A DNA stretch of 64,000 bases, taken from positions 1,860,001-1,924,000 of the forward strand of contig OZ176057.1 of the NCBI GenBank assembly GCA_964247055.1, in the 5' to 3' direction. A model generated the notes under the pieces. That model did no database searches. It was not told the DNA's origin and was given only the letters and a program-made list of their open reading frames with translations. Position numbers and translations under genes: made by a program. The stretch is from Paragordius varius. Taxonomy: Eukaryota > Animalia > Nematomorpha. Below, in pieces: positions 28,141 to 42,900 of the stretch. The number at the start of each line of letters is the position of its first letter. Within the stretch, counting starts at the first letter, position 1.

Positions 28141-31100
28141 CACTGCATCTATTGTTTAAAAATTTATTTACGTTTAGGAGGCTGCGTGGCTGATAGAGGA
28201 GTAATGGTATTTGGTTTTACGGTACTGCCACTCGCTGCATCTATTGTTTAAAAATTTATTTACGCTTAGGAGGCTGCGTGCTTGATAGAGGACTAATGAT
28301 ATTTGGTTTTACGGTAATGCCACTCACTGCATCTAATTATTAAAAATATATATATAGGTTCAGGGGGCTGCGTGGTTGATAGAGGAGTAATGGTATTTGG
28401 TTTTACGGTACTGCCAGACGCTGAATCTATTGTTTAAAAAAATATTTAGGTTCAGGGGGCAGCGTGGTTGATAGCGGAGTAATAATAATTGGTTTTACGG
28501 TACGGCCACTCACTGCATCTATTGTTAAAATATATTTACGTTCAGTGGTCAGCGTGGTTGATTATGGAGTAATGGTATTTGTTTTTACGGTACTGCCACT
28601 CACTGCATCTATTGTTTAAAAATATATTTACCTTTAGGTGGTTGCGTATTTGATCGAGGAATTGTGGTATTTGGTTTTACGGTACTGCCACTCGCTGCAT
28701 CTATTGTTCAAAAATTTATTTAACTTTAGGAGGTGCGTGGTGTATCGAGGAATTGTGGTATTTGGTTTTACGGTACTGCCACTCGCTGCATCTATTGTTC
28801 AAAAATTTATTTAACTTTAGGAGGCTGCGTGGTTGATAGAGGAGTAATGATATTTGGTTTTACGGTACTGCCACTCACTGCATCTATTGTTTAAAAATAT
28901 ATTTATACGTTTAGGAGGCTGCGTGCTTGATAGAGGACTAATGATATTTGGTTTTACGGTAATGCCACTCACTGCATCTAATTATTAAAAATATATATAT
29001 AGGTTCAGGGGGCTGCGTGGTTGATAGAGGAGTAATGGTATTTGGTTTTACGGTACTGCCAGACGCTGAATCTATTGTTTAAAAAAATATTTAGGTTCAG
29101 GGGGCAGCGTGGTTGATAGCGGAGTAATAATAATTGGTTTTACGGTACGGCCACTCACTGCATCTATTGTTAAAATATATTTACGTTCAGTGGTCAGCGT
29201 GGTTGATTATGGAGTAATGGTATTTGTTTTTACGGTACTGCCACTCACTGCATCTATTGTTTAAAAATATATTTACCTTTAGGTGGTTGCGTATTTGATC
29301 GAGGAATTGTGGTATTTGGTTTTACGGTACTGCCACTCGCTGCATCTATTGTTCAAAAATTTATTTAACTTTAGGAGGTGCGTGGTGTATCGAGGAATTG
29401 TGGTATTTGGTTTTGCGGTACTGCCACTCGCTGCATCTATTGTTTAAAAATTTATTTACGTTTAGGAGGCTGCGTGGTTGATAGAGGAGTAATGATATTT
29501 GGTTTTACGGTACTGCCACTCACTGCATCTATTGTTTAGAAATTTATTTACGTTTAGGAGGCTGCGAGGCTGATAGAGGAGTAATGGTATTTGGTTTTAC
29601 GTTACTGCCACTCGCTGCATCTATTGTTTAAAAATTTATTTACGTTTAAGGGGCTGCGTGTTTGATAGAGGACTAATATGTTTGGTTTTACGGTACTGCC
29701 ACTCACTGCATAATATTATTAAAAATATATATAGGTTCACGGGGCTGTGTGATTGATAGAGGAGTAATGGTAATTGGTACGACACCGCCACTCACTTCAT
29801 CTTATTAAAAGTTAATTTACCTTCAGGGGTCTAAATGGTTGATAGAGGAGTAATGGTAATTGGTTTTACGGCACCGCCACTCACTTCATTTATTTATTAA
29901 AAATATATTTACGTTCAGGGGGTTACGTGGTCGATAGAGTAGTGATGGTATTTGGTTTTACGGTACTGCCACTCACTACATCTATTGTTTAAAAATATAT
30001 TTACGTTCAGGGGGCTTGGTTGATAGGGGAGTTATGGTATTTGGTTTTACGGTACTGCCACTCACTACATCTAATGTTTAAAAATATATATACGTTCAGG
30101 GAGCTACGTGGTTGATAGAGGAGTAATGGTATTTGGTTTTACGGTCTGCCAGACGGTGCATCTATTGTTTAAAAAAATATTTAGGTTCAGGGGGCTCCGT
30201 GGTTGATAGCTGAGTAATGGTATTTAGTTTTACGGTACGGCCACTCACTGCATCTATTGTTTAAAAATTTATTTACCTTTAGGACGTTACGTGGTTGATC
30301 GAGGAATTGTGGTATTTGGTTTTACGGTACTGCCACTCACTGCACCTTTTGTTTAAAAATATATATTCCTTTAGGAGGTTGCGTGGTTGATCGAGGACTA
30401 ATGATATTTGGTTTTACGGTACGGCCACTCACTGCATCTATTGTTAAAATATATTTACGTTCAGTGGTCAGCGTGGTTGATTATGGAGTAATGGTATTTG
30501 TTTTTACGGTACTGCCACTCACTGCATCTATTGTTTAAAAATATATTTACCTTTAGGTGGTTGCCTATTTGATCGAGGAATTGTGGTATTTGGTTATACG
30601 GTACTGCCACTCGCTGCATCTATTGTTCAAAAATTTATTTAACTTTAGGAGGTTGCGTGGTGTATCGAAAAATTGTGGTATTTGGTTTTGCGGTACTGCC
30701 ACTCGCTGCATCTATTGTTCAAAAATTTATTTAACTTTAGGAGGCTGCGTGGTTGATAGAGGAGTAATGATATTTGGTTTTACGGTACTGCCACTCACTG
30801 CATCTATTGTTTAAAAATATATTTATACGTTTAGGAGGCTGCGTGCTTGATAGAGGACTAATGATATTTGGTTTTACGGTAATGCCACTCACTGCATCTA
30901 ATTATTAAAAATATATATATAGGTTCAGGGGGCTGCGTGGTTGATAGAGGAGTAATGGTATTTGGTTTTACGGTACTGCCAGACGCTGAATCTATTGTTT
31001 AAAAAAATATTTAGGTTCAGGGGGCTGCGTGGTTGATAGCGGAGTAATAATAATTGGTTTTACGGTACGGCCACTCACTGCATCTATTGTTAAAATATAT

Positions 31101-34100
31101 TTACGTTCAGTGGTCAGCGTGGTTGATTATGGAGTAATGGTATTTGTTTTTACGGTACTGCCACTCACTGCATCTATTGTTTAAAAATATATTTACCTTT
31201 AGGTGGTTGCGTATTTGATCGAGGAATTGTGGTATTTGGTTATACGGTACTGCCACTCGCTGCATCTATTGTTCAAAAATTTATTTAACTTTAGGAGGTT
31301 GCGTGGTGTATCGAAAAATTGTGGTATTTGGTTTTGCGGTACTGCCACTCGCTGCATCTATTGTTTAAAAATTTATTTACGTTTAGGAGGCTGCGTGGTT
31401 GATAGAGGAGTAATGATATTTGGTTTTACGGTACTGCCACTCACTGCATCTATTGTTTAGAAATTTATTTACGTTTAGGAGGCTGCGAGGCTGATAGAGG
31501 AGTAATGGTATTTGGTTTTACGTTACTGCCACTCGCTGCATCTATTGTTTAAAAATTTATTTACGTTTAAGGGGCTGCGTGTTTGATAGAGGACTAATAT
31601 GTTTGGTTTTACGGTACTGCCACTCACTGCATAATATTATTAAAAATATATATAGGTTCACGGGGCTGTGTGATTGATAGAGGAGTAATGGTAATTGGTA
31701 CGACACCGCCACTCACTTCATCTTATTAAAAGTTAATTTACCTTCAGGGGTCTAAATGGTTGATAGAGGAGTAATGGTAATTGGTTTTACGGCACCGCCA
31801 CTCACTTCATTTATTTATTAAAAATATATTTACGTTCAGGGGGTTACGTGGTCGATAGAGTAGTGATGGTATTTGGTTTTACGGTACTGCCACTCACTAC
31901 ATCTATTGTTTAAAAATATATTTACGTTCAGGGGGCTTGGTTGATAGGGGAGTTATGGTATTTGGTTTTACGGTACTGCCACTCACTGCATCTATTGTTT
32001 AAAAATATATTTACCTTTAGGAGGTTGCGTATTTGATCGAGGAATTGTGGTATTTGGTTTTACGGTACTGCCACTCGCTGCATCTATTGTTCAAAAATTT
32101 ATTTACGTTTAGGAGGCTGCGTGCTTGATAGAGGACTAATGATATTTGGTTTTACGGTAATGCCACTCACTGCATCTAATTATTAAAAATATATATATAG
32201 GTTCAGGGGGCTGCGTGGTTGATAGAGGAGTAATGGTATTTGGTTTTACGGTACTGTCAGACGCTGAATCTATTGTTTAAAAATATGTTTACGTTCAGGG
32301 GGCTGCGTGGTTGATAGAGTAGTAATGGTATTTGGTTTTACGGTACTGCCACTCACTGCATCTATTGTTTAAAAATATATTTACCTTTAGGAGGTTGCGT
32401 ATTTGATCGAGGAATTGTGGTATTTGGTTTTACGGTACTGCCACTCGCTGCATCTATTGTTCAAAAATTTATTTAACTTTAGGAGGTTGCGTGGTGTATC
32501 GAAAAATTGTGGTATTTGGTTTTACGTTACTGCCACTCGCTGCATCTATTGTTTAAAAATTTATTTACGTTTAAGGGGCTGCGTGTTTGATAGAGGACTA
32601 ATATATTTGGTTTTACGGTACTGCCACTCACTGCATCTAATTATTAAAAATATATATAGGTTCAGGGGGCTGAGTGATTGATAGAGGAGTAATGGTAATT
32701 GGTACGACACCGCCACTCACTTCATCTTATTAAAAGTTAATTTACCTTCAGGGGTCTGCGTGGTTGATAGAGGAGTAATGATAATTGGTTTTACGGCACC
32801 GCCACTCACTTCATTTATTTATTAATAATATATTTACGTTCAGGGGGTTACGTGGTCGATAGAGTAGTGATGGTATTTGGTTTTACGGTACTGCCCCTCA
32901 CTACATCTATTGTTTAAAAATATATATACGTTCAGGGAGCTACGTGGTTGATAGAGGAGTAATGGTATTTGGTTTTACGGTCTGCCAGACGCTGCATCTA
33001 TTGTTTAAAAAAATATTTAGGTTCAGGGGGCTCCGTGGTTGATAGCGAAGTAATGGTATTTAGTTTTACGGTACGGCCACTCACTGCATCTATTGTTTAA
33101 AAATTTATTTACCTTTAGGACGTTACGTGGTTGATCGAGGAATTGTGGTATTTGGTTTTACGGTACTGCCACTCACTGCACCTTTTGTTTAAAAATATAT
33201 ATTCCTTTAGGAGGTTGCGTGGTTGATCGAGGACTAATGATATTTGGTTTTACGGTACGGCCACTCACTGCATCTATTGTTTAAAAATATTTTGTGTTCA
33301 GAAGGCAGCGTGGTTGATAGAGGAGTAATGGTAATTGGTTTTACGGCACCGCCACTCACTTCATTTATTTATTAAAAATAGATTTACGTTCAGGGGGCTG
33401 CGTGGTTGATAGAGTAGTAATGGTATTTGGTTTTACGGTACTGCCACTCACTACATCTATTGTTTAAAAATATGTTTACGTTCAGGGGGCTGCGTGGTTG
33501 ATAGAGTAGTAATGGTATTTGGTTTTACGGTACTGCCACTCACTACATCTATTGTTTAAAAATATATTTACGTTCAGGGGCTGCGTGGTTGATCGAGGAA
33601 TTGTGGTATTTGATTTTACGGTACTGCCACTCGCTGCATCTATTTTTTAAAAATATATTTACCTTTAGGAGGTTGCGTGGTTAATCGAGGACTAATGATA
33701 TTTGGTTTTACGGTACGGCCACTCACTGCATCTATTGTTTAAAAATTTATTTACCTTTAGGACGTTACGTGGTTGATCGAGGAATTGTGGTATTTGGTTT
33801 TACGGTACTGCCACTCGCTGCATCTATTGTTTAAAAATTTATTTACGTTTAGGAGGCTGCGTGCTTGATAGAGGACTAATGATATTTGGTTTTACGGTAA
33901 TGCCACTCACTGCATCTAATTATTAAAAATATATATATAGGTTCAGGGGGCTGCGTGGTTGATAGAGGAGTAATGGTATTTGGTTTTACGGTACTGCCAG
34001 ACGCTGAATCTATTGTTTAAAAATATGTTTACGTTCAGGGGGCTGCGTGGTTGATAGAGTAGTAATGGTATTTGGTTTTACGGTACTGCCACTCACTGCA

Positions 34101-36960
34101 TCTATTGTTTAAAAATATATTTACCTTTAGGAGGTTGCGTATTTGATCGAGGAATTGTGGTATTTGGTTTTACGGTACTGCCACTCGCTGCATCTATTGT
34201 TCAAAAATTTATTTAACTTTAGGAGGTGCGTGGTGTATCGAGGAATTGTGGTATTTGGTTATACGGTACTGCCACTCGCTGCATCTATTGTTCAAAAATT
34301 TATTTAACTTTAGGAGGTTGCGTGGTGTATCGAAAAATTGTGGTATTTGGTTTTGCGGTACTGCCACTCGCTGCATCTATTGTTTAAAAATTTATTTACG
34401 TTTAGGAGGCTGCGGGGTTGATAGAGGAGTAATGATATTTGGTTTTACGGTACTGCCACTCACTGCATCTATTGTTTAGAAATTTATTTACGTTTAGGAG
34501 GCTGCGAGGCTGATAGAGGAGTAATGGTATTTGGTTTTACGTTACTGCCACTCGCTGCATCTATTGTTTAAAAATTTATTTACGTTTAAGGGGCTGCGTG
34601 TTTGATAGAGGACTAATATATTTGGTTTTACGGTACTGCCACTCACTGCATCTAATTATTAAAAATATATATAGGTTCAGGGGGCTGAGTGATTGATAGA
34701 GGAGTAATGGTAATTGGTACGACACCGCCACTCACTTCATCTTATTAAAAGTTAATTTACCTTCAGGGGTCTGCGTGGTTGATAGAGGAGTAATGATAAT
34801 TGGTTTTACGGCACCGCCACTCACTTCATTTATTTATTAAAAATATATTTACGTTCAGGGGGTTACGTGGTCGATAGAGTAGTGATGGTATTTGGTTTTA
34901 CGGTACTGCCCCTCACTACATCTATTGTTTAAAAATATATATACGTTCAGGGAGCTACGTGGTTGATAGAGGAGTAATGGTATTTGGTTTTACGGTCTGC
35001 CAGACGCTGCATCTATTGTTTAAAAAAAAATTTACGTTCAGGGGGCTCCGTGGTTGATAGCGGAGTAATGGTATTTAGTTTTAAGGTACTGCCACTCACT
35101 ACATCTATTGTTTAAAAATATGTTTACGTTCAGGGGGCTGCGTGGTTGATAGAGTAGTAATGGTATTTGGTTTTACGGTACTGCCACTCACTACATCTAT
35201 TGTTTAAAAATATATTTACGTTCAGGGGCTGCGTGGTTGATCGAGGAATTGTGGTATTTGATTTTACGGTACTGCCACTCGCTGCATCTATTTTTTAAAA
35301 ATATATTTACCTTTAGGAGGTTGCGTGGTTAATCAAGGAGTAATGATATTTGGTTTTACGGTACGGCCACTCACTGCATCTATTGTTTAAAAATTTATTT
35401 ACCTTTAGGACGTTACGTGGTTGATCGAGGAATTGTGGTATTTGGTTTTACGGTACTGCCACTCACTTCATTTATTTATTAAAAATATATTTACGTTCAG
35501 GGGGTTACGTGGTCGATAGAGTAGTGATGGTATTTGGTTTTACGGTACTGCCCCTCACTACATCTATTGTTTAAAAATATATATACGTTCAGGGAGCTAC
35601 GTGGTTGATAGAGGAGTAATGGTATTTGGTTTTACGGTCTGCCAGACGCTGCATCTATTGTTTAAAAAAAATTTAGGTTCAGGGGGCTCCGTGGTTGATA
35701 GCGGAGTAATGGTATTTAGTTTTACGGTACGGCCACTCACTGCATCTATTGTTTAAAAATTTATTTACCTTTAGGACGTTACGTGGTTGATCGAGGAATT
35801 GTGGTATTGGGTTTTACGGTACTGCCACTGACTGCACCTTTTGTTTAAAAATATATATTCCTTTAGGAGGTTGCGTGGTTGATCGAGGACTAATGATATT
35901 TGGTTTTACGGTACGGCCACTCACTGCATCTATTGTTTAAAAATATTTTATGTTCAGAAGGCAGCGTGGTTGATAGAGGAGTAATGGTAATTGGTTTTAC
36001 GGCACCGCCACTCACTTCATTTATTTATTAAAAATAGATTTACGTTCAGGGGGCTGCGTGGTTGATAGAGTAGTAATGGTATTTGGTTTTACGGTACTGC
36101 CACTCACTACATCTATTGTTTAAAAATATGTTTACGTTCAGGGGGCTGCGTGGTTGATAGAGTAGTAATGGTATTTGGTTTTACGGTACTGCCACTCACT
36201 GCATCTATTGTTTAAAAATTTATTTACCTTTAGGACGTTACGTGGTTGATCGAGGAATTGTGGTATTTGGTTTTACGGTACTGCCACTCGCTGCATCTAT
36301 TGTTTAAAAATTTATTTACGTTTAGGAGGCTGCGTGCTTGATAGAGGACTAATGATATTTGGTTTTACGGTAATGCCACTCACTGCATCTAATTATTAAA
36401 AATATATATATAGGTTCAGGGGGCTGCGTGGTTGATAGAGGAGTAATGGTATTTGATTTTACGGTACTGCCAGACGCTGAACCTATTGTTTAAAAAAATA
36501 ATTAGGTTCAGGGGGCAGCGTGGTTGATAGCGGAGTAATATAATAATTGGTTTTACGGTACTGCCACTCACTGCATCTATTGTTTAAAAATATATTTACC
36601 TTTAGGAGGTTGCGTATTTGATCGAGGAATTGTGGTATTTGGTTTTACGGTACTGCCATTCGCTGCATCTATTGTTCAAAAATTTATTTAACTTTAGGAG
36701 GTGCGTGGTGTATCGAGGAATTGTGGTATTTGGTTATACGGTACTGCCACTCTCTGCATCTATTGTTCAAAAATTTATTTAACTTTAGGAGGTTGCGTGG
36801 TGTATCGAAAAATTGTGGTATTTGGTTTTGCGGTACTGCCACTCGCTGCATCTATTGTTTAAAAAAATATTTAGGTTCAGGGGGCTCCGTGGTTGATAGC
36901 GGAGTAATGGTATTTAGTTTTACGGTACGGCCACTCACTGCATCTATTGTTTAAAAATAT
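28141..36960 (+). repeat. Satellite C-type domain with higher-order repeats
   Basis: Diagnostic monomer ggaggctgcgtgcttgatagaggactaatg recurs at 28,269, 28,914 and 30,834 and again near 32.1, 33.85 and 36.3 kb. Local periods of about 645 and 1,920 bp. Confidence 0.9.
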
Positions 36961-39900
36961 ATTTATACGTTTAGGAGGTTGCGAGGTTGGTAGAGGTTTA
37001 ATGGTACTTGGTATTACGGTACTGCCACTCGCTGCGTCTATTGTTTAAAAATATATTTATACGTGTAGGAGGTTGCGAGGTTGGTACAGGTTTAATGGTA
37101 CTTGGTATTACGGTACTGCCACTCGCTGCATCTATTCTTTAAAAATATATTTATACGTTTAGGAGGTGGCTTGGTTGATCGAGGAATAATGGTACTTGGT
37201 ATTACGGTACTGGCACTCGCTGCATCTATTGTTTAAAAATATATTTATACGTTTAGGAGGTTGCGAGGTTGGTACAGGTTTAATGGTACTTGGTATTACG
37301 GTATTGGTACTCGCTGCATCTATTGTTTAAAAATATATTTATACGTTTAGGAGGTTGCGAGGTTGGTACAGGTTTTACGGTACTTGGTATTACGGTACTG
37401 GCACTCGCTGCATCTATTGTTTAAAAATATATTTATACGTTTAGGAGGTTGCGAGGTTGGTACAGGTTTAATGGTACTTGGTATTACGGTATTGGTACTC
37501 GCTGCATCTATTGTTTAAAAATATATTTATACGTTTAGGAGGTGGCTTGGTTGATCGAGGAATAATGGTACTTGGTATTACGGTACTGGCACTCGCTGCG
37601 TCTATTGTTTAAAAATATATTTATACGTTTAGGTGGTTGCGAGGTTGGTACAGGTTTTACGGTACTTGGTATTACGGTACTGCCACTCGCTGCATCTATT
37701 CTTTAAAAATATATTTATACGTTTAGGAGGTTGCGAGGTTGGTAGAGGTTTAATGGTACTTGGTATTACGGTACTGGCACTCGCTGCATCTATTCTTTAA
37801 AAATATATTTATACGTTTAGGAGGTGGCTTGGTTGATCGAGGAATAATGGTACTTGGTATTACGGTACTGGCACTCGCTGCATCTATTGTTTAAAAATAT
37901 ATTTATACGTTTAGGAGGTTGCGAGGTTGGTACAGGTTTAATGGTACTTGGTATTACGGTACTGGCACTCGCTGCATCTATTGTTTGAAAATATATTTAT
38001 ACGTTTAGGAGGTGGCTTGGTTGATCGAGGAATAATGGTACTTGGTATTACGGTACTGGCACTCGCTGCGTCTATTGTTTAAATATATATTTATACGTTT
38101 AGGAGGTTCGGAGATTGGTACAGGTTTTATGGTACTTGGTATTACGGTACTGGCACTCGCTGCATCTATTGTTTAAAAATATATTTATACGTTTAGGAGG
38201 TGGCTTGGTTGATCGAGGAATAATGGTACTTGGTATTACGGTCCTGGCACTCGCTGCGTCTATTGTTTAAAAATATATTTATACGTTTAGGAGGTTGCGA
38301 GGTTGGTACAGGTTTAATGGTACTTGGTATTACGGTATTGGCACTCGCTGTTATTGTTTAAAAATATATTTATACGTTTAGGAGGTAACTTGGTTGATCG
38401 AGGAATAATGGTACTTGGTATTACGGTACTGGCACTCGCTGCGTCTATTGTTTAAAAATATATTTATACGTTTAGGAGGTTGCGAGGTTGGTACAGGTTT
38501 TACGGTACTTGGTATTACGGTACTGGCACTCGCTGCATCTATTCTTTAAAAATATATTTATACGTTTAGGAGGTTGCGAGGTTGGTAAAGGTTTAATGGT
38601 ACTTGGTATTACGGTACTGCCACTCGCTGCATCTATTGTTTAAAAATATATTTATACGTTTAGGAGGTTGCGAGGTTGGTAGAGGTTTAATGGTACTTGG
38701 TATTACGGTACTGGCACTCGCTGCATCTATTCTTTAAAAATATATTTATACGTTTAGGAGGTGGCTTGGTTGATCGAGGAATAATGGTACTTGGTATTAC
38801 GGTACTGGCACTCGCTGCATCTATTGTTTAAAAATATATTTATACGTTTAGGAGGTTGCGAAGTTGGTACAGGTTTAATGGTACTTGGTATTACGGTACT
38901 GGCACTCGCTGCATCTATTGTTTGAAAATATATTTATACGTTTAGGAGGTGGCTTGGTTGATCGAGGAATAATGGTACTTGGTATTACGGTACTGGCACT
39001 CGCTGCGTCTATTGTTTAAATATATATTTATACGTTTAGGAGGTTCGGAGGTTGGTACAGGTTTTATGGTACTTGGTATTACGGTACTGGCACTCGCTGC
39101 ATCTATTGTTTAAAAATATATTTATACGTTTAGGAGGTTGCGAGGTTGGTACAGGTTTAATGGTACTTGGTATTACGGTATTGGCACTCGCTGCATCTAT
39201 TGTTTAAAAATATATTTATACGTTTAGGAGGTAACTTGGTTGATCGAGGAATAATGGTACTTGGTATTACGGTACTGGCACTCGCTGCGTCTATTGTTTA
39301 AAAATATATTTATACGTTTAGGAGGTTGCGAGGTTGGTACAGGTTTTACGGTACTTGGTATTACGGTACTGGCACTCGCTGCATCTATTCTTTAAAAATA
39401 TATTTATACGTTTAGGAGGTTGCGAGGTTGGTACAGGTTTAATGGTACTTGGTATTACGGTACTGCCACTCGCTGCATCTATTGTTTAAAAATATATTTA
39501 TACGTTTAGGAGGTTGCGAGGTTGGTACATGTTTAATGGTACTTTGTATTACGGTAATGCCACTCAGTGCATCTATTGTTTAAAAATATATTTATACGTT
39601 TAGGAGGTTGCGAGGTTGGTACAGGTTTAATGGTACTTGGTATTACGGTACTGCCACTCGCTGCATCTATTGTTTAAAAATATATTTATACGTTTAGGAG
39701 GTTGCGAGGTTGGTACAGGTTTAATGGTACTTGGTATTACGGTACTGCCACTCGCTGCATCTATTGTTTAAAAATATATTTATACGTTTAGGAGGTTGCG
39801 AGGTTGGTACAGGTTTAATGGTACTTGGTATTACGGTACTGGCACTCGCTGCATCTATTGTTTAAAAATATATTTATACGTTTAGGAGGTTGCGAGGTTG

Positions 39901-42900
39901 GTACAGGTTTAATGTTGTTTGGTTTTACGGTACTGGCACTCGCTGCATCTATTGTTTAAAAATATATTTATACGTTTAGGAGGTTGCGAGGTTGGTAGAG
40001 GTTTAATGGTACTTGGTATTACGGTACTGCCACTCGCTGCAACTATTGTTTAAATATATATTTATACGTTTAGGAATGGCTTGGTTGATCGAGGAATAAT
40101 GGTACTTGGTATTACGGTACTGGCACTCGCTGCATCTATTGTTTAGAAATATATTTATACGTTTAGGAGGTTGCGAGGTTGGTACAGGTTTAATGGTACT
40201 TGGTATTACGGTACTGCCACTCGCTGCATCTATTGTTTAAAAATATATTTATACGTTTAGGACGTGGCTTGGTTGATCGAGGAATAATGGTACTTGGTAT
40301 TACGGTACTGGCACTCGCTGCATCTATTGTTTAAAAATATATTTATACGTTTAGGAGGTAACTTGGTTGATCGAGGAATAATGGTACTTGGTATTACGGT
40401 ACTGGCACTCGCTGCGTCTATTGTTTAAATATATATTTATACGTTTAGGAGGTTCGGAGATTGGTACAGGTTTTATGGTACTTGGTATTACGGTACTGGC
40501 ACTCGCTGCATCTATTGTTTAAAAATATATTTATACGTTTAGGAGGTGGCTTGGTTGATCGAGGAATAATGGTACTTGGTATTACGGTCCTGGCACTCGC
40601 TGCGTCTATTGTTTAAAAATATATTTATACGTTTAGGAGGTTGCGAGGTTGGTACAGGTTTAATGGTACTTGGTATTACGGTATTGGCACTCGCTGTTAT
40701 TGTTTAAAAATATATTTATACGTTTAGGAGGTAACTTGGTTGATCGAGGAATAATGGTACTTGGTATTACGGTACTGGCACTCGCTGCGTCTATTGTTTA
40801 AAAATATATTTATACGTTTAGGAGGTTGCGAGGTTGGTACAGGTTTTACGGTACTTGGTATTACGGTACTGGCACTCGCTGCATCTATTCTTTAAAAATA
40901 TATTTATACGTTTAGGAGGTTGCGAGGTTGGTAAAGGTTTAATGGTACTTGGTATTACGGTACTGCCACTCGCTGCATCTATTGTTTAAAAATATATTTA
41001 TACGTTTAGGAGGTTGCGAGGTTGGTAGAGGTTTAATGGTACTTGGTATTACGGTACTGGCACTCGCTGCATCTATTCTTTAAAAATATATTTATACGTT
41101 TAGGAGGTGGCTTGGTTGATCGAGGAATAATGGTACTTGGTATTACGGTACTGGCACTCGCTGCATCTATTGTTTAAAAATATATTTATACGTTTAGGAG
41201 GTTGCGAAGTTGGTACAGGTTTAATGGTACTTGGTATTACGGTACTGGCACTCGCTGCATCTATTGTTTGAAAATATATTTATACGTTTAGGAGGTGGCT
41301 TGGTTGATCGAGGAATAATGGTACTTGGTATTACGGTACTGGCACTCGCTGCGTCTATTGTTTAAATATATATTTATACGTTTAGGAGGTTCGGAGGTTG
41401 GTACAGGTTTTATGGTACTTGGTATTACGGTACTGGCACTCGCTGCATCTATTGTTTAAAAATATATTTATACGTTTAGGAGGTTGCGAGGTTGGTACAG
41501 GTTTAATGGTACTTGGTATTACGGTATTGGCACTCGCTGCATCTATTGTTTAAAAATATATTTATACGTTTAGGAGGTAACTTGGTTGATCGAGGAATAA
41601 TGGTACTTGGTATTACGGTACTGGCACTCGCTGCGTCTATTGTTTAAAAATATATTTATACGTTTAGGAGGTTGCGAGGTTGGTACAGGTTTTACGGTAC
41701 TTGGTATTACGGTACTGGCACTCGCTGCATCTATTCTTTAAAAATATATTTATACGTTTAGGAGGTTGCGAGGTTGGTACAGGTTTAATGGTACTTGGTA
41801 TTACGGTACTGCCACTCGCTGCATCTATTGTTTAAAAATATATTTATACGTTTAGGAGGTTGCGAGGTTGGTACATGTTTAATGGTACTTTGTATTACGG
41901 TAATGCCACTCAGTGCATCTATTGTTTAAAAATATATTTATACGTTTAGGAGGTTGCGAGGTTGGTACAGGTTTAATGGTACTTGGTATTACGGTACTGC
42001 CACTCGCTGCATCTATTGTTTAAAAATATATTTATACGTTTAGGAGGTTGCGAGGTTGGTACAGGTTTAATGGTACTTGGTATTACGGTACTGCCACTCG
42101 CTGCATCTATTGTTTAAAAATATATTTATACGTTTAGGAGGTTGCGAGGTTGGTACAGGTTTAATGGTACTTGGTATTACGGTACTGGCACTCGCTGCAT
42201 CTATTGTTTAAAAATATATTTATACGTTTAGGAGGTTGCGAGGTTGGTACAGGTTTAATGTTGTTTGGTTTTACGGTACTGGCACTCGCTGCATCTATTG
42301 TTTAAAAATATATTTATACGTTTAGGAGGTTGCGAGGTTGGTAGAGGTTTAATGGTACTTGGTATTACGGTACTGCCACTCGCTGCAACTATTGTTTAAA
42401 TATATATTTATACGTTTAGGAATGGCTTGGTTGATCGAGGAATAATGGTACTTGGTATTACGGTACTGGCACTCGCTGCATCTATTGTTTAGAAATATAT
42501 TTATACGTTTAGGAGGTTGCGAGGTTGGTACAGGTTTAATGGTACTTGGTATTACGGTACTGCCACTCGCTGCATCTATTGTTTAAAAATATATTTATAC
42601 GTTTAGGACGTGGCTTGGTTGATCGAGGAATAATGGTACTTGGTATTACGGTACTGGCACTCGCTGCATCTATTGTTTAAAAATATATTTATACGTTTAG
42701 GAGGTTGCGAGGTTGGTACAGGTTTAATGGTACTTGGTATTACGGTACTGCCACTCGCTGCATCTATTGTTTAAAAATATATTTATACGTTTAGGAGGTT
42801 GCGAGGTTGGTACAGGTTTAATGGTACTTGGTATTACGGTACTGGCACTCGCTGCATCTATTGTTTAAAAATATATTTATACGTTTAGGAGGTTGCGAGG

